A stretch of 64,000 nucleotides of DNA, taken from Macrostomum lignano. Its lineage: Eukaryota. Numbering within the stretch: the stretch's first letter is position 1; each line of letters starts with the position of its first letter. Under the pieces are notes generated by a model that did no database searches, was not told the DNA's origin, and saw only the letters and a program-made list of their open reading frames with translations. Both the position numbers and the translations under genes were made by a program. The stretch lies in assembly GCA_002269645.1 (NCBI GenBank), contig NIVC01000106.1, positions 875,502 to 939,501 on the forward strand, read 5' to 3'. Below, one piece after another: positions 11,639-23,529 of the stretch.

Positions 11639-12196
11639 TCAGTTCCACAGCCTGCCAAAATCAACTCCGAAGGACGAGTCGAAGACGCTGAATCCGACCT
11701 TCCTGCCCAGCTGGAAACCAGTGCCGAGCACCTTGATCGTCAGCGAGTCGTCCACGATCCCGATGGCGGACGAGACGCCCAGACCGAGGTTGACGTCGAA
11801 GGCGGACATGCGACCTCCAGCGAGGACGAGCTTCGCCCCGTAGCCGAGGCATGTCGGCCCGGCGAATGCCGACACCTCGGCGCCGAACACGGTGAAATCG
11901 ATGGTGTCGAGCGGCGTCTCTCCAGAGTTGACCTTCATTAAGCCGGCTCCGATGAGGTACTCGATCTTCGGGCCGGTGTAATTCTTGGTCACCTTCACCG
12001 CGGTCTCGATGAATCCGACCGTGTGCTCTTCAAATTTCTGCAGGCGACCTTCAACTGCTACGACGTAGGCAGACGATGTGTAGGCCATGGAGTCGTAATC
12101 CGCTGCCGTCAGGATCTCGTCGACGCTGTACTCAACATCAGCATTCAGATTGTTTTCCAATTTTTCCTTGATTGTTGTCTCTAGGCCCGCAGTCAT
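11639..12196 (-). CDS. Intronless 185-aa uncharacterised protein with Gly-rich, beta-strand-like C-terminal half
   Basis: ATG to TGA ORF with good start context (gttaccATG), strong C/G-ending codon bias, a TTTTAG acceptor ~25 nt upstream, and an AT-rich 3' flank. Confidence 0.8.
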   Translation of the reverse strand: MTAGLETTIKEKLENNLNADVEYSVDEILTAADYDSMAYTSSAYVVAVEGRLQKFEEHTVGFIETAVKVTKNYTGPKIEYLIGAGLMKVNSGETPLDTIDFTVFGAEVSAFAGPTCLGYGAKLVLAGGRMSAFDVNLGLGVSSAIGIVDDSLTIKVLGTGFQLGRKVGFSVFDSSFGVDFGRLWN

Positions 12197-13019
12197 GGTA
12201 ACTGGTTGGTTTTTGGATATCTAAAATTGGAATTCGTCAGCATGGAGCAGCAAAGTCGGAGGGTGGTCGGTTCGGTTGGTCACCCTAATTTGGGGTTTCT
12301 CAAGATACATTCCGGGTCAAGAAACGCACAATGCGTTACACACTAAGCTGACAAATATCAGGCTGCAAGCACAACCGTTGTGTGCGTCCCTGCACAGGAA
12401 TAGGGTAAACAAGATTAACAAGGTTAACAAGATTTTAACTTACCTTACTGATGAAAATTTAAGGACCTTGGGGCTTAAGAAGTGTTTAAAGTTAACAGTT
12501 TTTTGTCGCATGGAATTTTATCTATTCGGTTTCGAATTTCCAGGGCACGATGAAGAATATTATTTGATGCGCATCTACCCAAGTTATAGTTTTATTTATA
12601 CTGTCGGCTAGGACGAGTGGTACCACCCCCTGCCGTGCGCGAGCTACTACTAGAGACTACACGCTCAGCACAAGCACAATAAGCTAACTGATTCTGCGCT
12701 GACAGACGCAGATTCAAGAGAATTTCCCAAGCAAACAATGCCGCGAGATGAGAGTCCACTGACCACGCGCTGAACAATAGGCCGTGAGTGAAATTTACTG
12801 ACCCTGGCGAAGTTGCTTGCTAGAAAGACGAGGGCTTTGCTTTTTTTGGAAAACTCTGTTTTGCCAGGCATTTCGCTCAGGGCGTAAATGACACATTGCA
12901 GGTTGTTTACAAGAATCTGGACTACAAACTGCTCCTAAAATAACTCTGCAAATTATTTACAACCAAAGTGCCGCTCGAAAATGCAGGCTTAATCAGTGAG
13001 TTCATTACAGTGAGGCCTC

Positions 13020-14268
13020 TCCATTTCTCACCTGTGATGTGTCTCCATTTCTTAGCTGTGATGTGTCTCCATTTCTGACCTGTGATGTGTCTCCATTTCT
13101 GACCTGTGATGTGTCTCCATTTCTGACCTGTGGTGTGTCTCAATTTCTGACCTGTGATGTGTCTCCATTTCTGACCTGTGATGTGTCTCAATTTCTGACC
13201 TGTGATGTGTCTCCATTTCTGACCTGTGATGTGTCTCAATTTCTGACCTGTGATGTGTCTCAATTTCTGACCTGTGATATGTCTCCATTTCTGACCTGTG
13301 ATGTGTCTCAATTTCTGACCTGTGATGTGTCTCAATTTCTGACCTGTGATGTGTCTCCATTTCTGACCTGTGATGTGTCTCAATTTCTGACCTGTGATGT
13401 GTCTCAATTTCTGACCTGTGATGTGTCTCAATTTCTGACCTGTGATGTGTCTCAATTTCTGACCTCTGATGTGCCTCCATTTCTGACCTGTGATGTGTCT
13501 CAATTTCTGACCTGTGATGTGTCTCAATTTCTGACCTGTGATGTGTCTCAATTTCTGACCTGTGATGTGTCTCCATTTCTGACCTGTGATGTGTCTCAAT
13601 TTCTGACCTGTGATGTGCCTCCATTTCTGACCTGTGATGTGTCTCAATTTCTGACCTGTGATGTGCCTCCATTTCTGACCTGTGATGTGTCTCAATTTCT
13701 GACCTGTGATGTGCCTCCATTTCTGACCTGTGATGTGTCTCAATTTCTGACCTGTGATGTGTCTCAATTTCTGACCTGTGATGTGTCTCCATTTCTGACC
13801 TGTGATGTGTCTCAATTTCTGACCTGTGATGTGTCTCAATTTCTGACCTGTGATGTGTCTCAATTTCTGACCTGTGATGTGTCTCAATTTCTGACCTCTG
13901 ATGTGCCTCCATTTCTGACCTGTGATGTGTCTCCATTTCTGACCTGTGATGTGTCTCAATTTCTGACCTGTGATGTGTCTCAATTTCTGACCTGTGATGT
14001 GTCTCAATTTCTGACCTGTGATGTGTCTCCATTTCTGACCTGTGATGTGTCTCAATTTCTGACCTGTGATGTGCCTCCATTTCTGACCTGTGATGTGTCT
14101 CAATTTCTGACCTGTGATGTGTCTCAATTTCTGACCTGTGATGTGCCTCCATTTCTCACCTGTGATGTGCCTCCATTTCTGACCTGTGATGTGTCTCCAT
14201 TTCTGACCTCTGATGTGCCTCCATTTCTGACCTGTGATGTGTCTCAATTTCTGACCTGTGATGTGTTT
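13020..14268. repeat. 24-bp minisatellite
   Basis: TGTGATGTGTCTC(A/C)ATTTCTGACC x ~51. Confidence 0.97.
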
Positions 14269-15109
14269 TAATTGATTGGTAGCAATTCCAAGAAAACCCA
14301 TCAAGACACCAAATATTGGCGCCCCCTAGGGTTGCGGCCCTCACCAGTTAAAAACTATTGCGTACACAACTACATCTATCCTTAAAAATTGTGATGCATG
14401 TCGTCTGTCCCTCCGAATATTGATTCTCGATTTCTACATTATACCGTATACAGAAACATACCGGTTATAACCTGGGTCATTTTTTAAACTACTATAAACA
14501 GTGCGAAAGTTAAAAAGTATGCCAAAAGTCAAGTGTACACGTACTTTATTTACTATAGCTGTTTACACCTGACTGGAGTTTGAACGAGCAAATTACAATT
14601 CGCGGGAGTGCTGCGGCACACTGGTGCAACGCTTTAGGCCACTTGTGTACATTGTGCTGCTCGGGTGTACATGTACAGCGGCAATAACAATTCCTCGGCC
14701 CATTGTTTTCGTACGTGCACAAGCCTCAAATGAATGTGGCCGCGCAATATTGCATTTGCCGCTGAGATATGCGCTTAAGCTACTTTTAGTAGAGCGAAAA
14801 AGTTCAATTATTTATCCTATTATTTATGCTACCCGCAAATTAAGTGAAATTTTGAACAAATGCAAATTTGCATCATTGAGAGAGCAGCAATTTAAATGAC
14901 ACATAGTGAGCAAGTTTTAAATCAATAGAGTTCAATGCAGTTGAAGCACAGTTGAAGAATATTTGACAAATACTAAAGTGCTACTAGTACACCAAATACT
15001 ACTTAATTATAATCACAAATGATCTGGATAGCTCAGTAGGCACATGGATTTATTTTTGTGTAAGAAAAAAGACTTGGTGTACAGGGATGCGAAACGCACC
15101 CTCTACAAT

Positions 15110-15545
15110 GAACTGGGGCCCTCTCAAATGAACTGGCGCTCTCTCAAATGAGCTGGCGAGCTTTACAATGAACTGGCACCCCCTCAAATGAACTGGCGCC
15201 CTCTACAATGAACTAGCGCCATCTACAATGAACTGGCGCCCTCTACAATGAACTGGCGCCATCTACAATGAACTGGCGCCCCCTCAAATGAGCTGGCGCC
15301 CTGTACAATGAACTGGCGCCCTCTACAATGAACTGGCGCCATCTACAATGAACTGGCGCCCCCTCAAATGAACTGGCGCCCTCTACAATGAACTGGCGCC
15401 CTCTACAATGAACTGGCGCCATCTACAATGAACTGGCGCCCCCTCAAATGAACTGGCGCCCTCTACAATGAACTGGCGCCCTCTACAATGAACTGGCGCC
15501 CTCTACAATGAACTGGCGCCCTCTACAATGAACTGGCGCTCTCCC
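15110..15545. repeat. 20-bp minisatellite 3' of the Rab gene
   Basis: CTCTACAATGAACTGGCGCC units. Confidence 0.95.
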
Positions 15546-15629
15546 CACTGAAACTCCTACCTACACACTCAATGTAATGAAACGCGAACGGTTTAGCTTC
15601 GCACGCCACTGACTCCGATCAACTCGAGT

Positions 15630-17013
15630 TCAACTATCAGACGATCTCCAAGCCACTCGTCGAAAACCGGCGCAGCATCCGGCTGAAGCAGCCTCATCTT
15701 CGTCTACCTGCTGCTGCTGAGCACTGATGGAGCGGGTCAGCTGCACAGTGTTAGCCGGCCTCACGGGTGTCCGTCCCGATCGGCCATCAACCAGGAGCCG
15801 ATGGCTGTAGGTCTTGTAGATGGCACGAATCAGCTGATTGAAAGCGGCTTCAACATGGGTGGTGTCCAGTGCGCTGGTCTCCAAGTAGGACAGGCCATTG
15901 TCGCTAGCAAAATTTGTTGCTTCAGTTGTTGTCACCTGGCGAGCGAATTCCTGGTCGACCTTGTTGCCAACCAGAATCACTATGGACTCTTCGCTGCTGT
16001 TTTGGCGAAGTTCGTCGAGCCAGTAGTTCAGGCTGTCAAAGGAGGCCCGGCTGGAGATTGAGAACACCAGGAGGGCACCCAGGCTGTCGCGGTAGAATGC
16101 CTTCGTCACCGCCCGGAACCGATCTTGGCCTGGGGGGGGGGGCGAGGTTAATTTCTGATCTTCTGATCTTTTGTGATTGACCTACGGATTGTTTGGTGGC
16201 TGTGGCGGATTCAGGATTTTTAAATTGGGGGGACGGATTGGCCCAAAATAAGCCCAAAACAAAAAAACTCCCCTCTTATATGCAAGTCCAGCCCCGGCAA
16301 AAAAAAGAGGGGGGCGGCTGCCTCCTCCCCTGGATCTGCCACTGTTTGGTGGGAAGGATGGGAGAAGGGAGAGAGAGAAGGGGAGAGGGGGGAGGGAGAG
16401 AGAAGGGAAGAGAGGGAAGGGAGAGAGGGAAGGGAGAGAAGGAAGGGAGAGAGGGAAGAGAGAGGGAAGGGAAAGAGAGAAAAGGGAGAGAGAGGAAAGG
16501 GAGAGGAAAGGGAGAGAGGGAAGGGAGAGAGAGGAAAGGGAGAGGGAAGGGAGAGAGGGAAGGGAGAGAGAGGAAAGGGAGAGGGAAGGGAGAGAGGGAA
16601 GGGAGAGAGAGGAAAGGGAGAGGGAAGGGAGAGAGGGAAGGGAGAAAGAGGAAAGGGAGAGGGAAGGGAGAGACGGAAGGGAGAAGAGGAAGGAAAGGAA
16701 GAAAGTGCGATATAGGAGCAGAGGGCTTTAGGTTAGCCAGAAATGACTGTCAATACGTAAAAAAAACAATTCGAATTCAAAAAGGCGCTTCACAAAGACA
16801 GGAAAAGTACAGTGCAGACTCACCTGCAGTGTCCCAGATCTGACAGCGCACAGTGCGGCCATCCACAGACACAATCTTATTCGAGAACTCGACTCCTATA
16901 GTAGTCTGGCTTTCTATTCGGAATTCATTCTTAGTAAACCTGCTGATTAGATTCGTTTTACCTACGCCACTGCTGCCGATTACAATAATCTTAAATAGGC
17001 AATCGTATTCCAT
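15630..17013 (-). CDS. rab11-like: Divergent Rab11/Rab25-like small GTPase (229 aa), 2 exons
   Basis: Exons 17013-16824 and 16129-15630, phase-1 GT-AG intron. Motifs: GSSGVGKT (G1), TIGVEF (effector), WDTAGQ (G3), GNKVD (G4), ETSAL (G5), and a CC near the C-terminus. Confidence 0.88.
16200..16344. mobile_element. hAT-type MITE (TIR ~CAGTGGCGGATCCAG)
   Basis: Imperfect TIRs CTGTGGCGGATTCAG / CTGGATCTGCCACTG and a perfect 8-bp TSD TTTGGTGG. Internal GGATTGGC..CCCAAAATAAGCCCAAAA is shared with the copy at 35038. Confidence 0.85.
16355..16700. repeat. Polypurine (GGA/GAA-rich) tract in the Rab intron
   Basis: Almost pure A/G run with GGGAAGGGAGAGA-type units. Confidence 0.93.
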
Positions 17014-17679
17014 AGTATAGTGTTTTCTGCTATAAAGCTGTCGCTCTTGTTCTTTCTACGTCTCTCTTTTTGAGTCTTGGGACTCAATTTATAAAATTAA
17101 AGTAGATGAAGAAAAAATATAATAGAAATGGAATGAAGGCCCGTACACAGACTGCGCACTGCGGTCAGTGCGTTCAATGATAATTTTGCGGCGAAATAGA
17201 GGTTTGGCCAGCCATTGGCTGGGAAGGCCAGTTCTATTTTTAGAAACTGAATTGTACAGTTGTAGAGTTAATGAGCCAGGCTTATGTACATTTCTGGCTT
17301 TGCTGGTGGGGTTGTGGTCTCACCGAGCGTGGATATTAGGGGGCTTTAGTCATGCCGGCGCAATTAGTTTAGGTCGCGGGACACGCAGGCGGTGGCTTCT
17401 CGCTCGATTATGCTTCTTCAGCACACGGAAAAAATTCGCCGGAGAGGCTGAGATGACTCAACTCCCTGAGACCTTTGCATTGGCTTTACCGTAATTTTAG
17501 TTGTGTGTAACTGATACAATTGCTTATTTTGCAGATTATGCAAATTATTTGTGCCATGGCGCGCTGGTTAATACTGCTTTCATTGTGTTTGACGCAAGGC
17601 TGTCTGGGTTTTGGAGTGCAATTCTTTATTGTGTCTCTGGAGTGGGTGCCAGAGTCACTAGCTAGGGGTTTCCGGGGTA

Positions 17680-18410
17680 TTTAGAGAGGTGACAGGGTAT
17701 TTAGAGAGATGACAGGTATTTAAAGAATGGCGACGGGGTATTTAGAGAAACGACAGAGTATTTAGAGTGGAGACAGGGTATTTATAAAGATGACAGGGTA
17801 TATTTAGAGAGTGGTGAACAGGGTACTTAGAGAGGTGACAGGATATTTCAGAGTGGTGACAGAGTATTCAGAGATGACAGGGTATTTAGAGAGATGACAG
17901 GGTATTTAGAGAGATGACAGGGTATTTAGAGAGATGACAGGGTATTTTAGAGAGATGGCAGGTATTTAGAGAGATGACAGGGTATTTAGAGAGATGACAG
18001 GGTATTTAGAGAGATGACAGGGTATTTTAGAGAGATGGAAGGTATTTAGAGAGATGACAGGGTATTTAGAGAGATGACAGGGTATTTAGAGAGATGGCAG
18101 GGTATTTTAGAGAGATGACAGGGTATTTTAGAGAGATGACAGGGTATTTAGAGAGATGACAGGGTATTTAGAGAGATGACAGGGTATTTAGAGAGATGAC
18201 AGGGTATTTAGAGAGATGACAGGGTATTTAGAGAGATGACAGGGTATTTAGAGAGATGACAGGGTATTTAGAGAGATGACAGGGTATTTAGAGAGATGAC
18301 AGGGTATTTAGAGAGATGACAGGGTATTTAGAGAGATGACAGGGTATTTTAGAGAGATGGCAGGTATTTAGAGAGATGACAGGGTATTTAAAGAATGGTG
18401 ACAGAGTATT
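17680..18410. repeat. 20-bp minisatellite
   Basis: GACAGGGTATTTAGAGAGAT units. Confidence 0.95.
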
Positions 18411-18999
18411 TAGCGAGCTCACGAATGCATACATTTGATTTAGAAATGAAATATATCTATACTCAGTTCTTTGCGCCATGCACTTCGCTTATAGAATAAT
18501 TTCTTGTTTATTGATTTATTGATCGAATCAACGAAAAACTTCGTTTGACATTTGATTGTATTTATTTAGTCGATGTATTTTACTCATTTTCCAGATTAAA
18601 AGCAAAAAAAGAGTCTGAAAAAAACAACTTTATTAAGATGGAATGCCTATTTTTATAGACCGAATCCAAATTGGAATGCTTATAGAGTACTGACTGACAG
18701 TAGCAAGGGAGCGCATTAGGCATCTTTTTTAATGATTAATAAATTCAGGATAAAAATTGCACAGAGGATCAACATGATGTACAAATAATGTCCAAAACAA
18801 ATAAATAGCATTTGACTTTGGAGGAAGCATTGAACCTTCGAATTCAGCTGTGCACAACAGAGGGGCGGAAGTGCATGTACAAGCGTGGAATGTTTTTTAT
18901 TAAACAAGAAGGTAAAGAAGAGGTCGCTATTTTTCTGCATAAATCGAATTCTTTTTCAGGCGCTAACTGGTAACTATTAATGGCAAAATGTTATAACCA

Positions 19000-20975
19000 T
19001 AAATCGCATCAGTGATAGCTATTTATGACGCCAACTGATAACTATTTATGGCGCCAACTGATAACTATTTATGGCGCCAACTGATAATTATTTATGGCGT
19101 CAACTGATAACTATTTATGGCGCTACTGATAACTATTTATGGCGCCAACTGATAACTATTTATGGCGCTACTGATAACTATTTATGGCGCCAACTGATAA
19201 CTATTTATGACGCCAACTGATAACTATTTATGGCGCTACTGATAACTATTTATGGCGTCAACTGATAACTATTTATGACGCCAACTGATAACTATTTATG
19301 GCGCCACTGATAACTATTTATGGCGCCACTGATAATTATTTATGGCGCCAACTGATAACTATTTATGGCGCCAACTGATAACTATTTATGGCGCCAACTG
19401 ATAACTATTTATGGCGCCAACTGATAACTATTTATGGCGTCAACTGATAACTATTTATGGCGCTACTGATAACTATTTATGGCGCCAACTGATAACTATT
19501 TATGGCGCCACTGATAACTATTTATGACGCCAACTGATAACTATTTATGGCGCCAACTGATAACTATTTATGGCGCCAACTGATAATTATTTATGGCGTC
19601 AACTGATAACTATTTATGGCGCTACTGATAACTATTTATGGCGCCAACTGATAACTATTTATGGCGCTACTGATAACTATTTATGGCGCCAACTGATAAC
19701 TATTTATGACGCCAACTGATAACTATTTATGGCGCTACTGATAACTATTTATGGCGTCAACTGATAACTATTTATGACGCCAACTGATAACTATTTATGG
19801 CGCCACTGATAACTATTTATGGCGCCACTGATAACTATTTATGGCGCCAACTGATAACTATTTATGGCGCCAACTGATAACTATTTATGGCGCCAACTGA
19901 TAACTATTTATGGCGCCAACTGATAACTATTTATGGCGTCAACTGATAACTATTTATGGCGCTACTGATAACTATTTATGGCGCCAACTGATAACTATTT
20001 ATGGCGCTACTGATAACTATTTATGGCGCCAACTGATAACTATTTATGACGCCAACTGATAACTATTTATGGCGCTACTGATAACTATTTATGGCGTCAA
20101 CTGATAACTATTTATGACGCCAACTGATAACTATTTATGGCGCCACTGATAACTATTTATGGCGCCACTGATAACTATTTATGGCGCCAACTGATAACTA
20201 TTTATGGCGCCAACTGATAACTATTTATGACGCCAACTGATAACTATTTATGGCGTCAACTGATAACTAATTTATGGCGCCAACTGATAACTATTTATGG
20301 CGTCAACTGATAACTATTTATGGCGCCAACTGATAACTATTTATGGCGCCAACTGATAACTATTTATGGCGTCAACTGATAACTATTTATGGCGCCAACT
20401 GATAACTATTTATGGCGCCAACTGATAATTATTTATGGCGTCAACTGATAACTATTTATGGCGCCAACTGATAACTATTTATGGCGCCAACTGATAATTA
20501 TTTATGGCGCCAACTGATAACTATTTATGGCGCCAACTGATAATTATTTATGGCGCCAACTGATAACTATTTATGGCGCCAACTGATAACTATTTATGGC
20601 GTCAACTGATAACTATTTATGGCGCTACTGATAACTATTTATGGCGCCAACTGATAACTATTTATGGCGCTACTGATAACTATTTATGGCGCCAACTGAT
20701 AACTATTTATGACGCCAACTGATAACTATTTATGGCGCTACTGATAACTATTTATGGCGTCAACTGATAACTATTTATGACGCCAACTGATAACTATTTA
20801 TGGCGCCACTGATAACTATTTATGGCGCCACTGATAACTATTTATGGCGCCAACTGATAACTATTTATGGCGCCACTGATAACTATTTATGGCGCCAACT
20901 GATAACTATTTATGGCGCCACTGATAACTATTTATGGCGCCAACTGATAACTATTTATGACGTCAACTGATAACG
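19000..20975. repeat. 22/23-bp minisatellite
   Basis: ACTGATAACTATTTATGGCGCC(A) units over ~2 kb. Confidence 0.97.
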
Positions 20976-21137
20976 GCGCCAATATTTTGAATTTTTATAG
21001 TCAATATCTTCAAATTTAACAATATAATTTTTTTCAGATACTAAAATTTACAAAAATGAAATCGGCTGTGTAAAAAACTGCAAGGATTTTAATGCAAAAA
21101 TTCAAAATATCACTACAATGAGCGTGAGTCACGCCAA

Positions 21138-21728
21138 TCAGAGCTCAGTCTCTTTACTCTGCCTATAGGCATCCTGCAAAGTGCGCGGGTTCTGTCTAGG
21201 ATAAGCACATCGAGTATTGGACTGAGACAGCAGTCCATTGTAAATCGGGTCTGTGACTAGAAATTCAGGTTTGCCATTGCTTAGTGTACTGACATTGGGC
21301 ACGCCTAAAAATGGTTGGCAATGCTGAACGTCGAGGTCGCTATAGAAACCATTGTTATCATAGCAACGGTTGCCAAGATAGATCCGACAGTCGGTCGACG
21401 GTTGCTGTTTAGGTAGCAAATCATTTTTTGTTTTTATTTTCTTAGAATCAGTTAGTTCCGGCTTTTTTCGCTGCATCGACAATCGGGTTAGTAGCTGGCC
21501 GATTGGGAAATTTCCGGGATGTTCTTCAAACTTGGTTGGATTTTTTTCGCGAACGGGCAGAATTACTCGGTTGAGTTCGTCCGGACTGGCTGGTTTGTAT
21601 CGCTTTCGGCCGGCGAAGCGCATGCACACACAGCAGACTGCCAGGCTGGAGGTAAACACCAGCACCAAAGCGATGGCAGTCAGGCATGAAGTTGCAGCGA
21701 TGGAATACATCAATGCAAAGGCTTTGTG
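21138..21728 (-). CDS. Single-pass membrane protein: terminal exon or short standalone CDS
   Basis: Hydrophobic helix (CLTAIALVLVFTSSLAVCCVC) followed by basic GRKRYK and a ~155-aa hydrophilic tail ending KETEL*. Candidate acceptor CTAG at 21729; in-frame ATG at 21710. Confidence 0.6.
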   Translation of the reverse strand, partial: HKAFALMYSIAATSCLTAIALVLVFTSSLAVCCVCMRFAGRKRYKPASPDELNRVILPVREKNPTKFEEHPGNFPIGQLLTRLSMQRKKPELTDSKKIKTKNDLLPKQQPSTDCRIYLGNRCYDNNGFYSDLDVQHCQPFLGVPNVSTLSNGKPEFLVTDPIYNGLLSQSNTRCAYPRQNPRTLQDAYRQSKETEL

Positions 21729-23529
21729 CTAGCTGGAAATGTTTAAGAGATGGTCAGTACTATCTTTAAATGTAAAATTCTGCGATTTTTGCCATTCAAA
21801 TTTTATATAGTTCAAGTACCTTGAGTATTTTGTATTTTTAATGAAAAGTTTTACTACACATAAAAGCTCCGAAAAAAATCCATAAAGAGTAAATAATAAT
21901 ATTAAGAACAAGTAAACAAGAATGGAGTATTTTTTGAGTCTTGGAGAGTCAAGACTTGCTATTGCTAAACAGGTTTTTCAGAAAGTCATTGTATAAACAT
22001 AAATAAAAGTTTAAGCAGAATATTTTCATTTCTATGTTTAGGATGGAATGCATATCAGTTGAGCTAAGATATATTCCAGTGATGGATTAAGTAAATTTAA
22101 AAAAATGACTTAACTTCTTTTACTTGACAAAATGCTGTTCAAAATATTTTCAGACTATAAAATAGTATTTGTATCATTTATAAACTTATAGAAAACTTAA
22201 CATTATGACAAAATACTAAGTTTTATGCTGACCATAGACTTAAAAATATAACCTGTAAAAATCTAAATAGCTCCCATATTTTAAAGTAAATAAAACATGA
22301 CTAAACCAGAATTAATGGTTAAAAACGAAATAATAGATAATGCTGCTTAGGTAAGAAACGTGGATTACATGTTAATCATCAACTAAACGAGAGATGAAAA
22401 CTATAGCCCTGAAGCTACGCAAATTGTGTCGTCCTTTTGTGTGTTTTACAGTGTGATTCAGATTTATTATCGGAAGTCAAAGCGATGAATAATACAAATG
22501 CGAAAACTGTGTGGGTATTTTACGAATAGATAATTGTTTTATACAACATTTAAAGCAAAATAAAAATGATAACAACAATGTTATTTTATTTTTCAGCAGT
22601 GTCTAGCGCAACATTTTTATAATTTGTTTAAACGGAATGTCGGCATAAAATATGGCGGGTCACAGAAAAATATATTTATAAATATAAATTAAATAGAACT
22701 CACGTGAAATTTATTTATGATAAGATGTGTTTTTAGTTGTGAAGCGCTATCTTAAGGTTCGGATTAAATTTCAGGGTAGCTATACGTACTAGCTCTACTA
22801 GTATAGTTACTGATTCCCATCCGCATCTTTATACACAGCCGTCAATCCCGTCGTAGACAGCTGCGGCTTTGGAATAGAACTTAGAAATGACTAGAAGCTA
22901 CCTCGGAATAGAACCTTGAATTATTAAAATAACGCCTGTACATTACAGACTTAATTAAAAGTCTGTAATGTACAACATGCATTGTAGTATGCCAAGTGTT
23001 CTTCGCGTTAAAGAGAGCTCTATGAATAAAGTTTGGTATACAGTAGGATTAATACATGTACTCGCGATAGTAAATTTTACTTGCATGGTCGACATGAAAA
23101 TGTGTTGTATTGCATACATGCATACTCAGCGGATTTTTAATTCAATTGATAATTTTATTATAGGCTTTCTTAATCTGGCACTAATCATTACTGCCACTTT
23201 TTCCGAATTCCAAAACTTGAAAAAGATAATTTGAAAAAATATTGGGCAAAGTCTCATTTCCTTACACTAAATAAAACTTGAAATTTAAATTGACTTCCTT
23301 GTAGAATAATTATTCGTCTATTTAGATTGTTATCATGCATAACAATAAGTTCTGACAATTTAGAAACTTAAATAGAAAAATCACCTTAATAATCTTGAAT
23401 GCAAAAGTAATCAATTGGCAAAATTACGAGTATAAAGAATTCGATTTGTATCAAGCACAATGGTAGTCAAAGTTAGTCATTCGAATTCGCTCGAATGATT
23501 AAAAAAAAATAATTGAAGTTTTCCGCAGC

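Noticed and set aside
12922-14304. 366-460 aa repetitive ORFs on both strands
   Set aside because: Artefacts of the 24-bp satellite.
16193-16843. 216-aa Gly/Arg/Glu/Lys-rich plus-strand ORF
   Set aside because: It translates a MITE plus the polypurine tract, antisense to the Rab intron.
22790-22880. Possible upstream exon (PQLSTTGLTAVYKDADGN) for the TM protein
   Set aside because: Splice signals are plausible, but its phase does not join the 21728 exon and no bridging exon was found.
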